DNA of 64,000 bases from Candidatus Methanosuratincola verstraetei (GTDB taxonomy: Archaea; Thermoproteota; Methanomethylicia; Methanomethylicales; Methanomethylicaceae): positions 967,658 to 1,031,657 of the forward strand of contig CP186953.1 of NCBI GenBank assembly GCA_049570475.1, in the 5' to 3' direction. Shown piece by piece: positions 30,288 to 39,883 of the stretch; the stretch's first letter is position 1, and the number at the start of each line of letters is the position of its first letter. Under the pieces are notes generated by a model, which saw only the letters and a list, made by a program, of their open reading frames with translations, did not search any database and was not told where the DNA came from. The position numbers were made by a program, and so were the translations under genes.

Positions 30288-30344
30288 TCTACCACCAGCA
30301 GCTTTAATATCCCTCTTAAGTCAGCTATAAATAGTGAATCTGCG

Positions 30345-30980
30345 ATGCCAGACAGCATTTCCGATAAATGGCAGAGACAGGAGAAGGAGTCTGCAGCAGA
30401 GAAGGTAAAGGAGCAGATATTGCCGCAGCCCCCGATGAGTGAACGCCTCAACCTGGCAAAGAGGAAGCTCCAGGAGCAGATCCAGCACCTCGACAGGGTC
30501 TCGCAGAGGCTGAGCGCCAAGGACAAGGACCTCTACGAGAGGATGGTGAAGGCATACGGAGAGCACGACACCCAGCGGGCCCAGCTGATAGCGAACGAGC
30601 TTGCAGAGCTGAGGAAGATCGAGCAGAAGACCCAGTACGGGAAGTACGCCCTAGAGAGGGCATACACGCGCATCGAGATGGCCAAGGACTTCGGCGACAT
30701 GGTGGCAGCGCTAGTGCCTGTCGGGCAGGTCGTGAAGAGCGTAAAGGGTACGCTAGGCGAATTCCTTCCCTCCTCAGAGACCGCCTTGAACGAGCTCTCC
30801 GGGATAATGAACGACACGCTGGTGTCTTTCTCGAACATAACCGGCGAGTCGCTTATAGCCGGGCCTATCAGCGAGGACGCTGATAAGATACTGAAGGAGG
30901 CTGCCGCCGTCGCGGAGAGCAGGCTCAAGGACAAGCTGCCGGGCGCGGGGACGGACCTTCCGCTGACCGACAGCCAGTAA
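30345..30980 (+). CDS. ESCRT-III / PspA (Snf7-Vipp1) superfamily helical protein
   Basis: 211 aa, all-helical, basic N-terminal half and acidic C-terminal half; pattern ALERAYTRIEMAKDFGDMVAALVPVGQVVKSVKG resembles the ESCRT-III core helices. Confidence 0.5.
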   Translation: MPDSISDKWQRQEKESAAEKVKEQILPQPPMSERLNLAKRKLQEQIQHLDRVSQRLSAKDKDLYERMVKAYGEHDTQRAQLIANELAELRKIEQKTQYGKYALERAYTRIEMAKDFGDMVAALVPVGQVVKSVKGTLGEFLPSSETALNELSGIMNDTLVSFSNITGESLIAGPISEDADKILKEAAAVAESRLKDKLPGAGTDLPLTDSQ

Positions 30981-31023
30981 ATCCCCAGTTTTTTCTGCAG
31001 CGCTCATTCTTTCTTGTTCAAAT

Positions 31024-31890
31024 CTAAGTGGTCACGATAGATTCCCTATCCGTCGTGATCACCGTGTGCTCGGCCTGGGCTATCGGCATCCCGGATGCCT
31101 CGACCAGAACCGGGTACTCGTAGAGGGCCTTCTCAGCTAGCAGCCCCCTCACGCCTTCTCCTATGCTGGCGACCCACCTCCTCGCGAAAGGCAGCGTCCT
31201 GAACCTCCTGTATATCTCGTCGTATGCCCCCCTCTGCGGCTCAGACTTAGGGCGCTTGAGCTTCATAAGGTGGAGGATGTTCCCAGGCTCCCTCTCAATC
31301 ACCTCGCCTTCTGCCCTTGGGAGCGTGGCGAACGGCTCGATCGCATAGACCGACCAAGGCTGGAACTTGCCTGTCGTCTCGGCGCCGGAAACGTTCGGTA
31401 TGCTCAGACCGCTGTGGATCGTGTACTGCTCTATCTGGTGCCCGGTCAGGTTCCTTATCGGCTTGTAGCCCATCGACCTTATTGTCTTCTCGACGATAGG
31501 GCCAACCTCACCTATCTTCCCGCCGACCCTCACCGCCTGCACCCCCCTCTCCAGTGCGATCTCGACAGCCCTTACCATGTCCTCGTACTCTGATCCGACC
31601 GAGACGGTCACCGCGGTGTCCGCTATGAAGCCGTCTATGTGTACGCCGAGGTCAACCTTGACCAGCGCCCCATCCGGGACGACTGTCGCGTCTGAGGGAG
31701 GGGACGTGTAGTGAGCTCCCACCTCGTTTATGCTGACGTTGCACGGGAAAGCTGGTTTCCCGCCCATCCTGGCTATCTCTGACTCGACCCATTCGCATAT
31801 CCCTAACACACTGGCCCCCTGGACCACCATCCGCGGGACGGCCTGCCTCACAGTCCTTGCTATCCTCCCGGCAAGCAGCAGCTTATCCAT
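31024..31890 (-). CDS. map: methionine aminopeptidase type 2
   Basis: pita-bread fold metal ligands (D...D...H...E...E), archaeal MetAP2 length; start chosen at MDKLLLAGRIAR. Confidence 0.85.
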   Translation of the reverse strand: MDKLLLAGRIARTVRQAVPRMVVQGASVLGICEWVESEIARMGGKPAFPCNVSINEVGAHYTSPPSDATVVPDGALVKVDLGVHIDGFIADTAVTVSVGSEYEDMVRAVEIALERGVQAVRVGGKIGEVGPIVEKTIRSMGYKPIRNLTGHQIEQYTIHSGLSIPNVSGAETTGKFQPWSVYAIEPFATLPRAEGEVIEREPGNILHLMKLKRPKSEPQRGAYDEIYRRFRTLPFARRWVASIGEGVRGLLAEKALYEYPVLVEASGMPIAQAEHTVITTDRESIVTT

Positions 31891-32087
31891 GTCCTCCTCA
31901 TTGAACAAAATTAACCACGACTCCCGTTGGCGCAAATGGCGCGAGACGAAACCTCTATCACATAGGGGACAAAAAAGGATATCCTTCAAGAACCCCGTCG
32001 ATGAATAGGTCCGGGGATGGGGAAGGGCACTCGCTTGTGCCGTTAGAGTTAAAAACACCGCGTACCCAAGAGGTAAGAGTGGTTCTT

Positions 32088-32615
32088 ATGTGCGTGCTAG
32101 GCAGAGATCGCCTCATAGAATTGAACAAGAAGTACCGGATCCTCGATCCATTCGTCGAGTCCCAGCTTGACGGCGACGGGTACATACTCACGGTCGGGGA
32201 GGACACGACCCTCCAGTACCTGGAGCACCAGAATGTCATATCGAAGGAGATCGTGTTCACCCCCCCTGACTGCGTCGCGTACCTAACCGCGAAGAGCAGG
32301 TACGGTAGGATGGGGCTCTCATTCCTAAACGCCGCGAAGGTCCACAGCGGCTTCGTGGGGAGGCTCGCCCTCGAGATAGTGAACCTGAGCAACGACCGGA
32401 GGCCCATCACCATAAAGGCTGGGGACCACTTCATGCACATCGAGTTCATCAGGAGGGAGGGCGCCCCCTCTCCGTACGTGGGCGAGTACCAGTTCCAGTA
32501 CATGAATGAGGATGAGATAAAGTCTTACCTCCCAGTCCTGAAGCAGGTCTTCCCCAACTTCGACGAGCTCTCGAAGATCTGGCTGAGGAAGAAGCTCAAC
32601 CACGGAAACTACTGA
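32088..32615 (+). CDS. dCTP deaminase/dUTPase-superfamily protein
   Basis: GLSFLNAAKVHSGFVGRLALEIVNLS beta-barrel core resembling Dcd/Dut. Confidence 0.55.
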   Translation: MCVLGRDRLIELNKKYRILDPFVESQLDGDGYILTVGEDTTLQYLEHQNVISKEIVFTPPDCVAYLTAKSRYGRMGLSFLNAAKVHSGFVGRLALEIVNLSNDRRPITIKAGDHFMHIEFIRREGAPSPYVGEYQFQYMNEDEIKSYLPVLKQVFPNFDELSKIWLRKKLNHGNY

Positions 32616-32645
32616 ACTCAATTGAACCCTTTTTCGGCTCTTGCT

Positions 32646-33164
32646 TCAGAGCCTAATTTTTTTGGCTACTGTCAGTGCAACACCCGCCTTGAGGAAGTCG
32701 CCAGGAAGGAAGGGTATGACGCCCGCCCATAGCGCAGCCGAGAAATTCCAGCCCATCCACCCCGCGAGCCAGACCCAACCCAGCAGGAAGACTATCGCCA
32801 TGCATATGCCAATCGCTGCAACCTCAGCGAACCTCCTGCCACCAGAATTGCTCAGCATCAATCCGGAAACCAGCGATGCCAGCAGGAAGCCGAGGAGGAA
32901 TCCGCCCGTAGGTCCGATCAGCACGGAATACCCCGCCATCCCCCTCGCAAATACTGGAAGCCCGGCTGCCCCCATCGCCAGGTATATGCCTTGGCTGAGC
33001 GGGGCCCTCTCCTTCAGGATCAGCACGCAAAGGTAAAGGAAGAGCGTCTGCAGGCTGAGGGGGACAGGGTAGAATGGTATGGAGATTAGTGCGCCTACTG
33101 CAGTCAGCGCCGCGAATACGGCTGCCAAGGAGAGCTGTTTTGCGCGCGGCATGCTTCTTTTCAT
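32646..33164 (-). CDS. bioY: BioY-family biotin transporter S-component
   Basis: 6 TM, BioY-like N-terminal (AALTAVGALISIPFYPVPLSLQTLFLYL). Confidence 0.8.
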   Translation of the reverse strand: MKRSMPRAKQLSLAAVFAALTAVGALISIPFYPVPLSLQTLFLYLCVLILKERAPLSQGIYLAMGAAGLPVFARGMAGYSVLIGPTGGFLLGFLLASLVSGLMLSNSGGRRFAEVAAIGICMAIVFLLGWVWLAGWMGWNFSAALWAGVIPFLPGDFLKAGVALTVAKKIRL

Positions 33165-33395
33165 ATTTGGTCACTCTCGGTATTGAATGACTAAACCAGC
33201 GATTTTTGTAAACCGTATTTATGTTTTTAGTTTACATTCGCTAAAGAATATTTAATGCGCCCAGAAGGTAAATGCAATGCGGATGCGAGTTATACACTCC
33301 ACAAAACTCAGTCGGCAGTTTCTGACCTCGACATCAGACTGTTAAACAATTACGCTTAAAATACCCTGCGGCTAAATATAACTAGGTGAATCTAT

Positions 33396-34727
33396 TTGCG
33401 AGCAAAACTGTTGTTGATCTTTACTCTAGCGGTTCTGGTGGTTGCATCTCCTGTGATTGCTGCCCCCAAGGTGCAACTGCAAGCCTATTCAACCTGGGAC
33501 TACGACATGGTAAACTTGGAAAAAGTGGGTCCGCAATACACCGGGAAGGGAGTCTACGTTGCAGTGCTTGACACAGGCCTCGCCCCCAACTGGAAGGACT
33601 ACTTCCCCAAGGACAGGATCGCGACGAGCCTAGGGAAGGGCTTCAAGGAGGTCCTGACCTGGGATCAGAAAACCGGGGAGTTGATCGAGACAGGGAAGAT
33701 AATTGAGACTACATACATCGGTTCGACAGGGAGCACCCACGGCACCCACGTGGTGAGCACTATCTTGGGATACAACTACTATTCGCCCTTTGACGCTGCC
33801 GCCGGTTTCCCGCTGCCCCCGATCTTCATCAAGGGCATCGCGCCCGATGTGACAATAATCCCGATCAAAGTGCTCTCCGACTACCACATCCCGTACGCCC
33901 ACAGCGGCGGGGGGGAGTATGGCGACTTAGTCTTCGGGACTGACCGGGCAGTTGCTGCTGGGATCGACTATGCGACCAACTTGTACATCGCAGGTTGCCG
34001 CCCAATGATAATCACGATGAGCCTCGGCGGTCCGGAGCCTTCGCCAATAATAAAGGACGCGATAGACCGCGCAATAGAGAACGGCGTGATTGTGGTCGCG
34101 GCTGCAGGAAACGAGGGTGAAGAAGGCATGAGCTACCCCGGAGCATATGACGAGGTCATTTCAGTCGGGTCCTGCGGATGGACGCTGGAATGGCGTGACC
34201 CTTCTAATACATCTTACTTCAGGCTATGGTGGCTCCAGAGCCCTCACTATGCTTTCAGCGATGTTGCTGAGGACGACCCTAGCGTGATCTACATCTCTGA
34301 CTTCAGCAGCAGACAGCTACAAGGCCAACATCTCGATGTAGTAGCCCCAGGCAGCTGGGTCAGGGGGCCATACCCCGGCGATCCGGGATACAGCCACCTG
34401 CCCTGGTGGAGCAACGGCTACCCGGCCCTGTTCAGGAGCATCAACCCTGGCAACTTCTACTACCTCGGCGGCACTAGCATGGCAACACCTCATGTGACAG
34501 GCATCGTCGCTCTTATGCTCCAGAAGAACCCGACTTTGACCCAATCTGAAGTTGAGAACATACTGAAGTCCACCGCATTAACAATACCGCCTGGCTCAGC
34601 CTGGGTATATGATCTGTACGATGCTAGTGGCGCATATGCCCCTGGCTTCTACCTCAGAACTTGGGGAGCAGATGCGACCGGATCCGGCTTGGTGCAAGCA
34701 GATGCTGCATTAGATGCTGTTCCATAG
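33396..34727 (+). CDS. secreted subtilisin-like serine protease (S8)
   Basis: signal peptide; catalytic triad motifs VAVLDTGL (Asp), HGTHV (His), GTSMATPHVTG (Ser). Confidence 0.85.
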   Translation: MRAKLLLIFTLAVLVVASPVIAAPKVQLQAYSTWDYDMVNLEKVGPQYTGKGVYVAVLDTGLAPNWKDYFPKDRIATSLGKGFKEVLTWDQKTGELIETGKIIETTYIGSTGSTHGTHVVSTILGYNYYSPFDAAAGFPLPPIFIKGIAPDVTIIPIKVLSDYHIPYAHSGGGEYGDLVFGTDRAVAAGIDYATNLYIAGCRPMIITMSLGGPEPSPIIKDAIDRAIENGVIVVAAAGNEGEEGMSYPGAYDEVISVGSCGWTLEWRDPSNTSYFRLWWLQSPHYAFSDVAEDDPSVIYISDFSSRQLQGQHLDVVAPGSWVRGPYPGDPGYSHLPWWSNGYPALFRSINPGNFYYLGGTSMATPHVTGIVALMLQKNPTLTQSEVENILKSTALTIPPGSAWVYDLYDASGAYAPGFYLRTWGADATGSGLVQADAALDAVP

Positions 34728-34740
34728 CAGCAATAAAATT

Positions 34741-34766
34741 CTTTTTTTTATTTTTTTTAAATTTTG
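34741..34766 (+). terminator. T-rich tract after subtilisin gene
   Basis: CTTTTTTTTATTTTTTTTAAATTTT immediately after the stop codon; archaeal oligo-T terminator-like. Confidence 0.3.
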
Positions 34767-34779
34767 ATCATTTAATTTA

Positions 34780-35187
34780 TTGCCGCCGCGTTTTATCGTC
34801 GAATTGGCTTATTTTTACTGGGAGAATAAGCAAGAAAGCTCCGACCTTCAGGGAGGAGATGAATTGCAAATATATATATCTAAATGGTATAATAGTATTG
34901 ATATGGAAGGAATTCCCGTAACCTATGTAGAGCCGAAAAACACATCGAAAGAGTGTTCTCGGTGTGGAAGCATAGGGATTAGGGAAGGAAAGTCATTCAA
35001 GTGCCCATATTGTGGGCACGTTGGCCATGCTGGCGTGAATGCTTCGTTCAATATAGCATCACGCCCTCCTTTGGTGGAAAGCATGAGCCAATCGCATGCA
35101 GACAGGGATGCATGCGAAGGGAGCACTGGCACCCCTGAAGGGGCAACTCTTGGAACGAGGGAGACCCTAGAACCTCCGAAGCTTTAG
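34780..35187 (+). pseudogene. tnpB: decayed C-terminal fragment of IS200/IS605-family TnpB (OrfB)
   Basis: PVTYVEPKNTSKECSRCG...FKCPYCGHVGHAGVNASFNIA matches the TnpB RuvC-III/Zn-finger segment with catalytic Asp residues replaced; N-terminal RuvC-I/II region absent. Confidence 0.55.
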
Positions 35188-35251
35188 CGAGGGGAGTATG
35201 TCAGCGCAAGGTTTAAAGCGATTGCATATTTAACAACCTTTGTAATAGTCT

Positions 35252-35794
35252 ATGATCCCCACAAAGGTATTCTTCGTGAAGGGCGTTGGGGTCCACAGGG
35301 AGCGATTGGCTGCCTTCGAGCTCGCGCTCCGCGACGCCGGCATAGAGAAGTTCAACCTCGTGAACGTGTCGAGCATATTCCCCCCCAACTGCCAGATAAT
35401 CTCGAAGGACGAGGGGCTCAGGCGCCTCTCCCCTGGCCAGATAATCTACTGCGTCATGGCCAGGAACGAGACGAACGAGCCGAACAGGCTTATCTCCGCC
35501 GCGATTGGGCTCGCTGTCCCGCATGACCGCAACAGCTACGGCTACCTTGCAGAGCACCACGACTACGGGATGAAGGGCGAGAAGGCGGGGGAGTACGCTG
35601 AGGATCTTGCAGCCACGATGCTCGCGACCACCTTGGGCATACCTTTCGACCCGAACCAGGCATGGGAGGAGAGGGAGCAGCTCTACAAGGCCAGCGGGCT
35701 CATCATAAGGACTACCCACGTCGTGCAGTCCGCCGAGGGCCACAAGGAAGGCCTCTGGACATGTGTGGTCGCGGCCGCCATATTCGTTGAATAG
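35252..35794 (+). CDS. pdaD: pyruvoyl-dependent arginine decarboxylase
   Basis: PdaD signature N-terminus [15 protein letters not shown]...[11 protein letters not shown] (self-cleavage Ser), 180 aa. Confidence 0.85.
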   Translation: MIPTKVFFVKGVGVHRERLAAFELALRDAGIEKFNLVNVSSIFPPNCQIISKDEGLRRLSPGQIIYCVMARNETNEPNRLISAAIGLAVPHDRNSYGYLAEHHDYGMKGEKAGEYAEDLAATMLATTLGIPFDPNQAWEEREQLYKASGLIIRTTHVVQSAEGHKEGLWTCVVAAAIFVE

Positions 35795-35900
35795 GCTCAG
35801 ACTCTGGCCGAAAAACGCGCGCTTACGAGAGGCTGGGAGAGGCACCGCCCCGTCATTCTCGGGCGAGCTGCGTTGTCTTCTCCGGTCTTTGAATGGTCAA

Positions 35901-36248
35901 TTAGCCCAAATGCAACCCCTCGAAGGCAGAACAAAAAATTACTTTTTGACCGAACTCTATCAGTCCTACAAAGCTGATCCGCAGTCCCCGCAATATCCCC
36001 CATCTCATTTCAATCGGTTTACCGCAGGCTTTGCAGAACCGGAGGGGGTACGACCGCCTGCCGAATTCCCCGCAGAAACCGTTCGTTTCAGGGTTCTTAG
36101 CAGAGCATTCCGGGCAAACGATGCATGTCATTTTCTGCGCATGGGCTTTAAGCGCCAATAAGAATGGGCTTGGAGAGAACAGTAGGAACCCTGCGCCCAG
36201 CCCCAAGCCGAAAAGCAGGCAGAAGCCAGAGCCGCCTCCGCCAGCCAA
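35901..36248 (-). CDS. small membrane-anchored protein with degenerate double zinc ribbon
   Basis: N-terminal hydrophobic helix then CPECSAKNPETNGFCGEFG...CKACG; divergent to the Spo0M-like gene. Confidence 0.35.
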   Translation of the reverse strand: MAGGGGSGFCLLFGLGLGAGFLLFSPSPFLLALKAHAQKMTCIVCPECSAKNPETNGFCGEFGRRSYPLRFCKACGKPIEMRWGILRGLRISFVGLIEFGQKVIFCSAFEGLHLG

Positions 36249-36374
36249 CTTCTGTTGCAGCCTCGTGCCAATCTCGGGCTTTGGGCTAATAAGTGCGCCG
36301 TGCCTCCTTTCCCCGACAACCCTTAATATCCCTCAACCCCATTATCCACATGTAGTTGTCCGGAGGAGAATAAT

Positions 36375-37838
36375 TTGCCCCTCTTCAAGTCACTATCACC
36401 TCCAAGGGCAGAAATACAGATCGAGCTAGGAAAGGAGGAATTTGCCCTCGGAGAGACGTTGGAAGGGAGCGTACTGTTGAAATGCCTCGAGGACTTCGAG
36501 GTCCAGTCCGTCAGCGTAGATCTGGTCGGAAAGGAAATGGTGAAGGGCAACCTTCTGGACTACTCGGGGGACGACCAGACTCGGATCTACAGCCCCGTGA
36601 CATCGCTGGCTCGCACCGCACGTCCCGCTGAGATCAACCTGCTGATGCACAGCAATCCCGCGCCTGTATCAGGCCCCTTCAAGGCATCCAAAGATTACAT
36701 CGGGAGGTTCATGTTCAGGTTCTTCATACCGTCCCACCTCGGGCCAACTTACCAGGGGGGAAGGCAGGACGGCTCCTGGCTTCAGAGGACCTGGTTTGTC
36801 AAGGTCAATGTCGCGGTCGCAGGGAGGCCGGATCTTGAGGCTGCCAAGGAGATACGGGTCTCCATCCCGGCGCCCAAAATGCAGGCCGCAGCCGGGTCCG
36901 CAGCGTTCTCACCCGGGTCCAGCGCCGCGCCTTCGGATGTCCAAGGGGCTGCCGCAAAAGCGGGTCCCTCGGAGGAGCAGGTCCCCACAAACTGCCCAAG
37001 GTGCGGTGCCCCCTTCGCAGTGTCCCAGGAGGACATATTCGTTACCTGCCGGTACTGCGGCTATTCAATGACTATCGCCTCCCGCCAGAGGCTGGGTAAG
37101 CACAGCATGATCGAGACGCGCCTCTTCAGGCAGCAGGTCGCCGAGGCTGCAAAAAGGTACATGGACAAAGGCATCTTCCGGATAGGGGTCGCAAAGGAGG
37201 CAGTGATCACAAACATCGTGCTGAGGTACCTCCCATTCTGGATATTCCGCGCCAACACGACCACTTCCTTCAGGGGGACGGTCGGAGGGGGCTTGGGGGC
37301 GCCTGTCGGGGGGTCCGAAGCCCAGGCAGCCGAGGTTCTCGGAAGGATCATAATCGCGGGTGCCGATGCCTACATGAGGAGCCGGGGCGGTCCCGGGGCG
37401 AGGATCGGCTACAGCCAGAGCGCCCCGAGGCCTGTGGCGCAGACCTTCTCGAACAGCTACGTCTGGCCCGTCCTGGCAAGATCCAGCCTCATCAGCGAGG
37501 TCAATTTCTACGAAATCCCGGCGGAGAAGAAGATACCCTTCGACCAGGGCAAGCTCCCTGCTGAGGCTGAGTTCCTCAAGCCAGAGATGAGCGAGGAGGA
37601 GGCCAAGCTCAAAGCCAGGGCTGAGATAGAGGCAAAGGAGCGGCAGATAGCCAGCCGGAAGGTCAGCGTTCTTGAGACCATCAGCACTACATTGTACCTG
37701 AGCGAGGGGGAGCTGATCCACGCGCCAGTGTGGTTCGTCTACTACACGATAAAGGGCGACAACTATGTAATCGCCATTGACGGGTGCGAAGGCAGGCCCT
37801 TGGGGGGCGGCAGGCCAGCATTCAAGATAAGCCTATGA
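36375..37838 (+). CDS. Spo0M/arrestin-N-like domain protein with central zinc ribbon and uncharacterised C-terminal domain
   Basis: N-terminus MPLFKSLSP...EIQIEL..EEFALGETLEGSVLLK...FEVQSVSVDLVGKE follows the Spo0M pattern; CPRCGAPF...CRYCGYS zinc ribbon; 487 aa. Confidence 0.5.
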   Translation: MPLFKSLSPPRAEIQIELGKEEFALGETLEGSVLLKCLEDFEVQSVSVDLVGKEMVKGNLLDYSGDDQTRIYSPVTSLARTARPAEINLLMHSNPAPVSGPFKASKDYIGRFMFRFFIPSHLGPTYQGGRQDGSWLQRTWFVKVNVAVAGRPDLEAAKEIRVSIPAPKMQAAAGSAAFSPGSSAAPSDVQGAAAKAGPSEEQVPTNCPRCGAPFAVSQEDIFVTCRYCGYSMTIASRQRLGKHSMIETRLFRQQVAEAAKRYMDKGIFRIGVAKEAVITNIVLRYLPFWIFRANTTTSFRGTVGGGLGAPVGGSEAQAAEVLGRIIIAGADAYMRSRGGPGARIGYSQSAPRPVAQTFSNSYVWPVLARSSLISEVNFYEIPAEKKIPFDQGKLPAEAEFLKPEMSEEEAKLKARAEIEAKERQIASRKVSVLETISTTLYLSEGELIHAPVWFVYYTIKGDNYVIAIDGCEGRPLGGGRPAFKISL

Positions 37839-37860
37839 CCGAGATCCAAATCGCCTTTAA

Positions 37861-38430
37861 ATGCAACGGCGGCGTGTATTACTGTATAGGCAATGGGGTT
37901 TTGCGATGGGTTCAGACACGCTTGGAAAAATAAGGGAGAGGCAGGGGATCTGGAGCAAGGTCCAAAACTTCCTGACAATGGGGTACGGCACGAAGGAGGA
38001 CATACGCGAGGCCGACAAAGCCCTCAGGGAAAGCTACTACCAGAGCTTCAAGGAGATGCGGCAGAGGTGGTCCGAGATAAATCTCGCCGCGCTCGATGCT
38101 GGGCTCAAGGGCGACGACTTCAAGAAAGTCATGCAGGTCATGGATCGCCTGATGGAAAAGGTCCACAGGGCTGAATACGGCTACGCCGGTCTATTCGACA
38201 GGAAGGGGAAGATAGGCGAGGAGGGCCTGGCTAGGAGCCTCGACTTCGACAAGGAGTTCGGGGCAAGCCTCAGCGATCTCGAGTCGGAAATCGCCGAGAC
38301 CTACAGGGCTTACGAGGCCGGGGACTGGAACTCCGTCTCCGCCAAAGCCAAGCTGCTCCGATCGAAGATCGTGAGCCTCGACGAGAAGTGGAACGAGAGG
38401 GAGAAGGTTTTCAGACCAATCGGGGTGTGA
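37861..38430 (+). CDS. helical hypothetical protein (possible alternative start at 37906)
   Basis: 189 aa, helical/charged; 6-nt spacing to the next gene. Confidence 0.4.
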   Translation: MQRRRVLLYRQWGFAMGSDTLGKIRERQGIWSKVQNFLTMGYGTKEDIREADKALRESYYQSFKEMRQRWSEINLAALDAGLKGDDFKKVMQVMDRLMEKVHRAEYGYAGLFDRKGKIGEEGLARSLDFDKEFGASLSDLESEIAETYRAYEAGDWNSVSAKAKLLRSKIVSLDEKWNEREKVFRPIGV

Positions 38431-38436
38431 TGAGAA

Positions 38437-39513
38437 ATGCCAGTTATAGAGAGGGTTGCTTGGGACCATGCGGGACCGGAGGAGATAGCCTACCGCTTCC
38501 CGAAACTTACGCTCAAGTTCGGCAGCCAAGTGATAGTGATGGAGAACCAATGGGCTGTATTCTTCAGGGACGGGAAGGCCTATGATGTGTTCGGCCCGGG
38601 TAGGCACACAATAACCAGCGCCAACATACCGCTGCTAACTGCTGCCCTTAATAAGCTTGGGTTGATGGACAAGATCTTCGACTGCGAGGTGATATTCGTA
38701 TCGAACAGCCAGATGCGGGCGAACTTCGGAGGGACCGCCTACTCTGCCCCGAGCGGGGACATAAAGTACCAGGCCGAGCTCGGGTACTTCGGCTACGCGC
38801 TCTACAAGGTCGAGGACCCGAAGCTCTTTGTGGTCGAATTCTTCGGGAACCGGGGCGCGATGACCTCGAGGGATGTCGAGAACTACATAAGGGGGTTTGT
38901 GAACGAAAGGATCATCAACGAGTTCGGGCGCCATGACATCTTCGAGCTGGTCAAGAATGTCGACGCCACGACTGACAAGGTCGCCCTGAAGATCAGCGAT
39001 GAGGCAGCAAGGATTGGTCTGAGGATAATCGACGCCGTCTTCGAAGGGGTGAAGATACCTGAGGAGGCGCGGCGCTTCGCCTCAGGGATGGGTCAGCAGG
39101 CCATGATGATGCAGTACATGAAGGAGACCGCCTCAGAGCTGAAGGACAGCCAAGGAGGGGGCGCAGCTGCGGCCGGCCTCGGGGCAGGCGTCGGGCTGGG
39201 AATGCCATTCATACTCGCCCAGCAGATGGGGCAGGCCGGTGCCCAGATGCCCCAGCAAGTGGTCATATGCCCGTCCTGCGGCGCGAAGAACACTGCGAAC
39301 ATGAAGTTCTGCGGAAACTGCGGGAGCAGCCTCCTGCCGCCATCGAAGCAGACGTGCCCCAACTGCAAGGCGGAAGTTCCTGAGAACTTCAAGTTCTGCC
39401 CGAACTGCGGCACACCCATAAAGAAGCCAGAGCAACCCGTTTGCCCCAAGTGCGGCGAGAAGAACCCGCCTGGGACAAAATTCTGCGGCAACTGCGGGGA
39501 GAAGCTTGCATAG
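38437..39513 (+). CDS. SPFH/band-7 domain protein (COG4260-like) with three C-terminal zinc ribbons
   Basis: SPFH core (VIVMENQWAVFFRDGKAYDVFGPGRH...), Gly/Ala/Gln-rich linker, then three repeats of CPxCG-x9-FCxxCG. Confidence 0.7.
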   Translation: MPVIERVAWDHAGPEEIAYRFPKLTLKFGSQVIVMENQWAVFFRDGKAYDVFGPGRHTITSANIPLLTAALNKLGLMDKIFDCEVIFVSNSQMRANFGGTAYSAPSGDIKYQAELGYFGYALYKVEDPKLFVVEFFGNRGAMTSRDVENYIRGFVNERIINEFGRHDIFELVKNVDATTDKVALKISDEAARIGLRIIDAVFEGVKIPEEARRFASGMGQQAMMMQYMKETASELKDSQGGGAAAAGLGAGVGLGMPFILAQQMGQAGAQMPQQVVICPSCGAKNTANMKFCGNCGSSLLPPSKQTCPNCKAEVPENFKFCPNCGTPIKKPEQPVCPKCGEKNPPGTKFCGNCGEKLA

Positions 39514-39540
39514 GGCAATCCCCCATTCAAATATTTTTTC

Positions 39541-39831
39541 TTGGAGCAAAACTTGGAACATTGGGAGTTGTTGAAAGATATATCTGTGCGCAAAGTAAAT
39601 TATATCAGGGTGAACCATTTGGAGGCTTTCATAGTCGGGCACCTGCTCAATATGGAAGTCGATGTCTACTGCGGATGGAGCGATAAATTCTCTGGGAAGG
39701 TCGTTGCGTGCGCCGACGGTGTACTAACGCTCGAGACCGAGAAAGGCGTCTACACGCATATCGCTGTCGACAAGATAGTCGCAATCTGGAAGAGGCAGCA
39801 GCCGTGGATATCTGAAAGTCACCATCGCTGA
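39541..39831 (+). CDS. small hypothetical protein (beta-rich)
   Basis: 96 aa ORF co-directional at the end of the cluster. Confidence 0.35.
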   Translation: MEQNLEHWELLKDISVRKVNYIRVNHLEAFIVGHLLNMEVDVYCGWSDKFSGKVVACADGVLTLETEKGVYTHIAVDKIVAIWKRQQPWISESHHR

Positions 39832-39883
39832 TTCCTTGGGCCCAAGCCCTCTTTTTATCAATTATTCGGTCTTACTAAGAAGA

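Noticed and set aside
36031-36429. 132-aa plus-strand ORF overlapping the small Zn-ribbon gene
   Set aside because: Pro/Ser-rich with no motifs; the minus-strand frame carries a TM helix and a zinc-ribbon pattern shared with neighbouring genes.
37065-37721. 218-aa minus-strand ORF
   Set aside because: Antisense to the Spo0M-like gene; Arg/Pro/Leu-rich composition typical of a spurious frame in GC-rich DNA.
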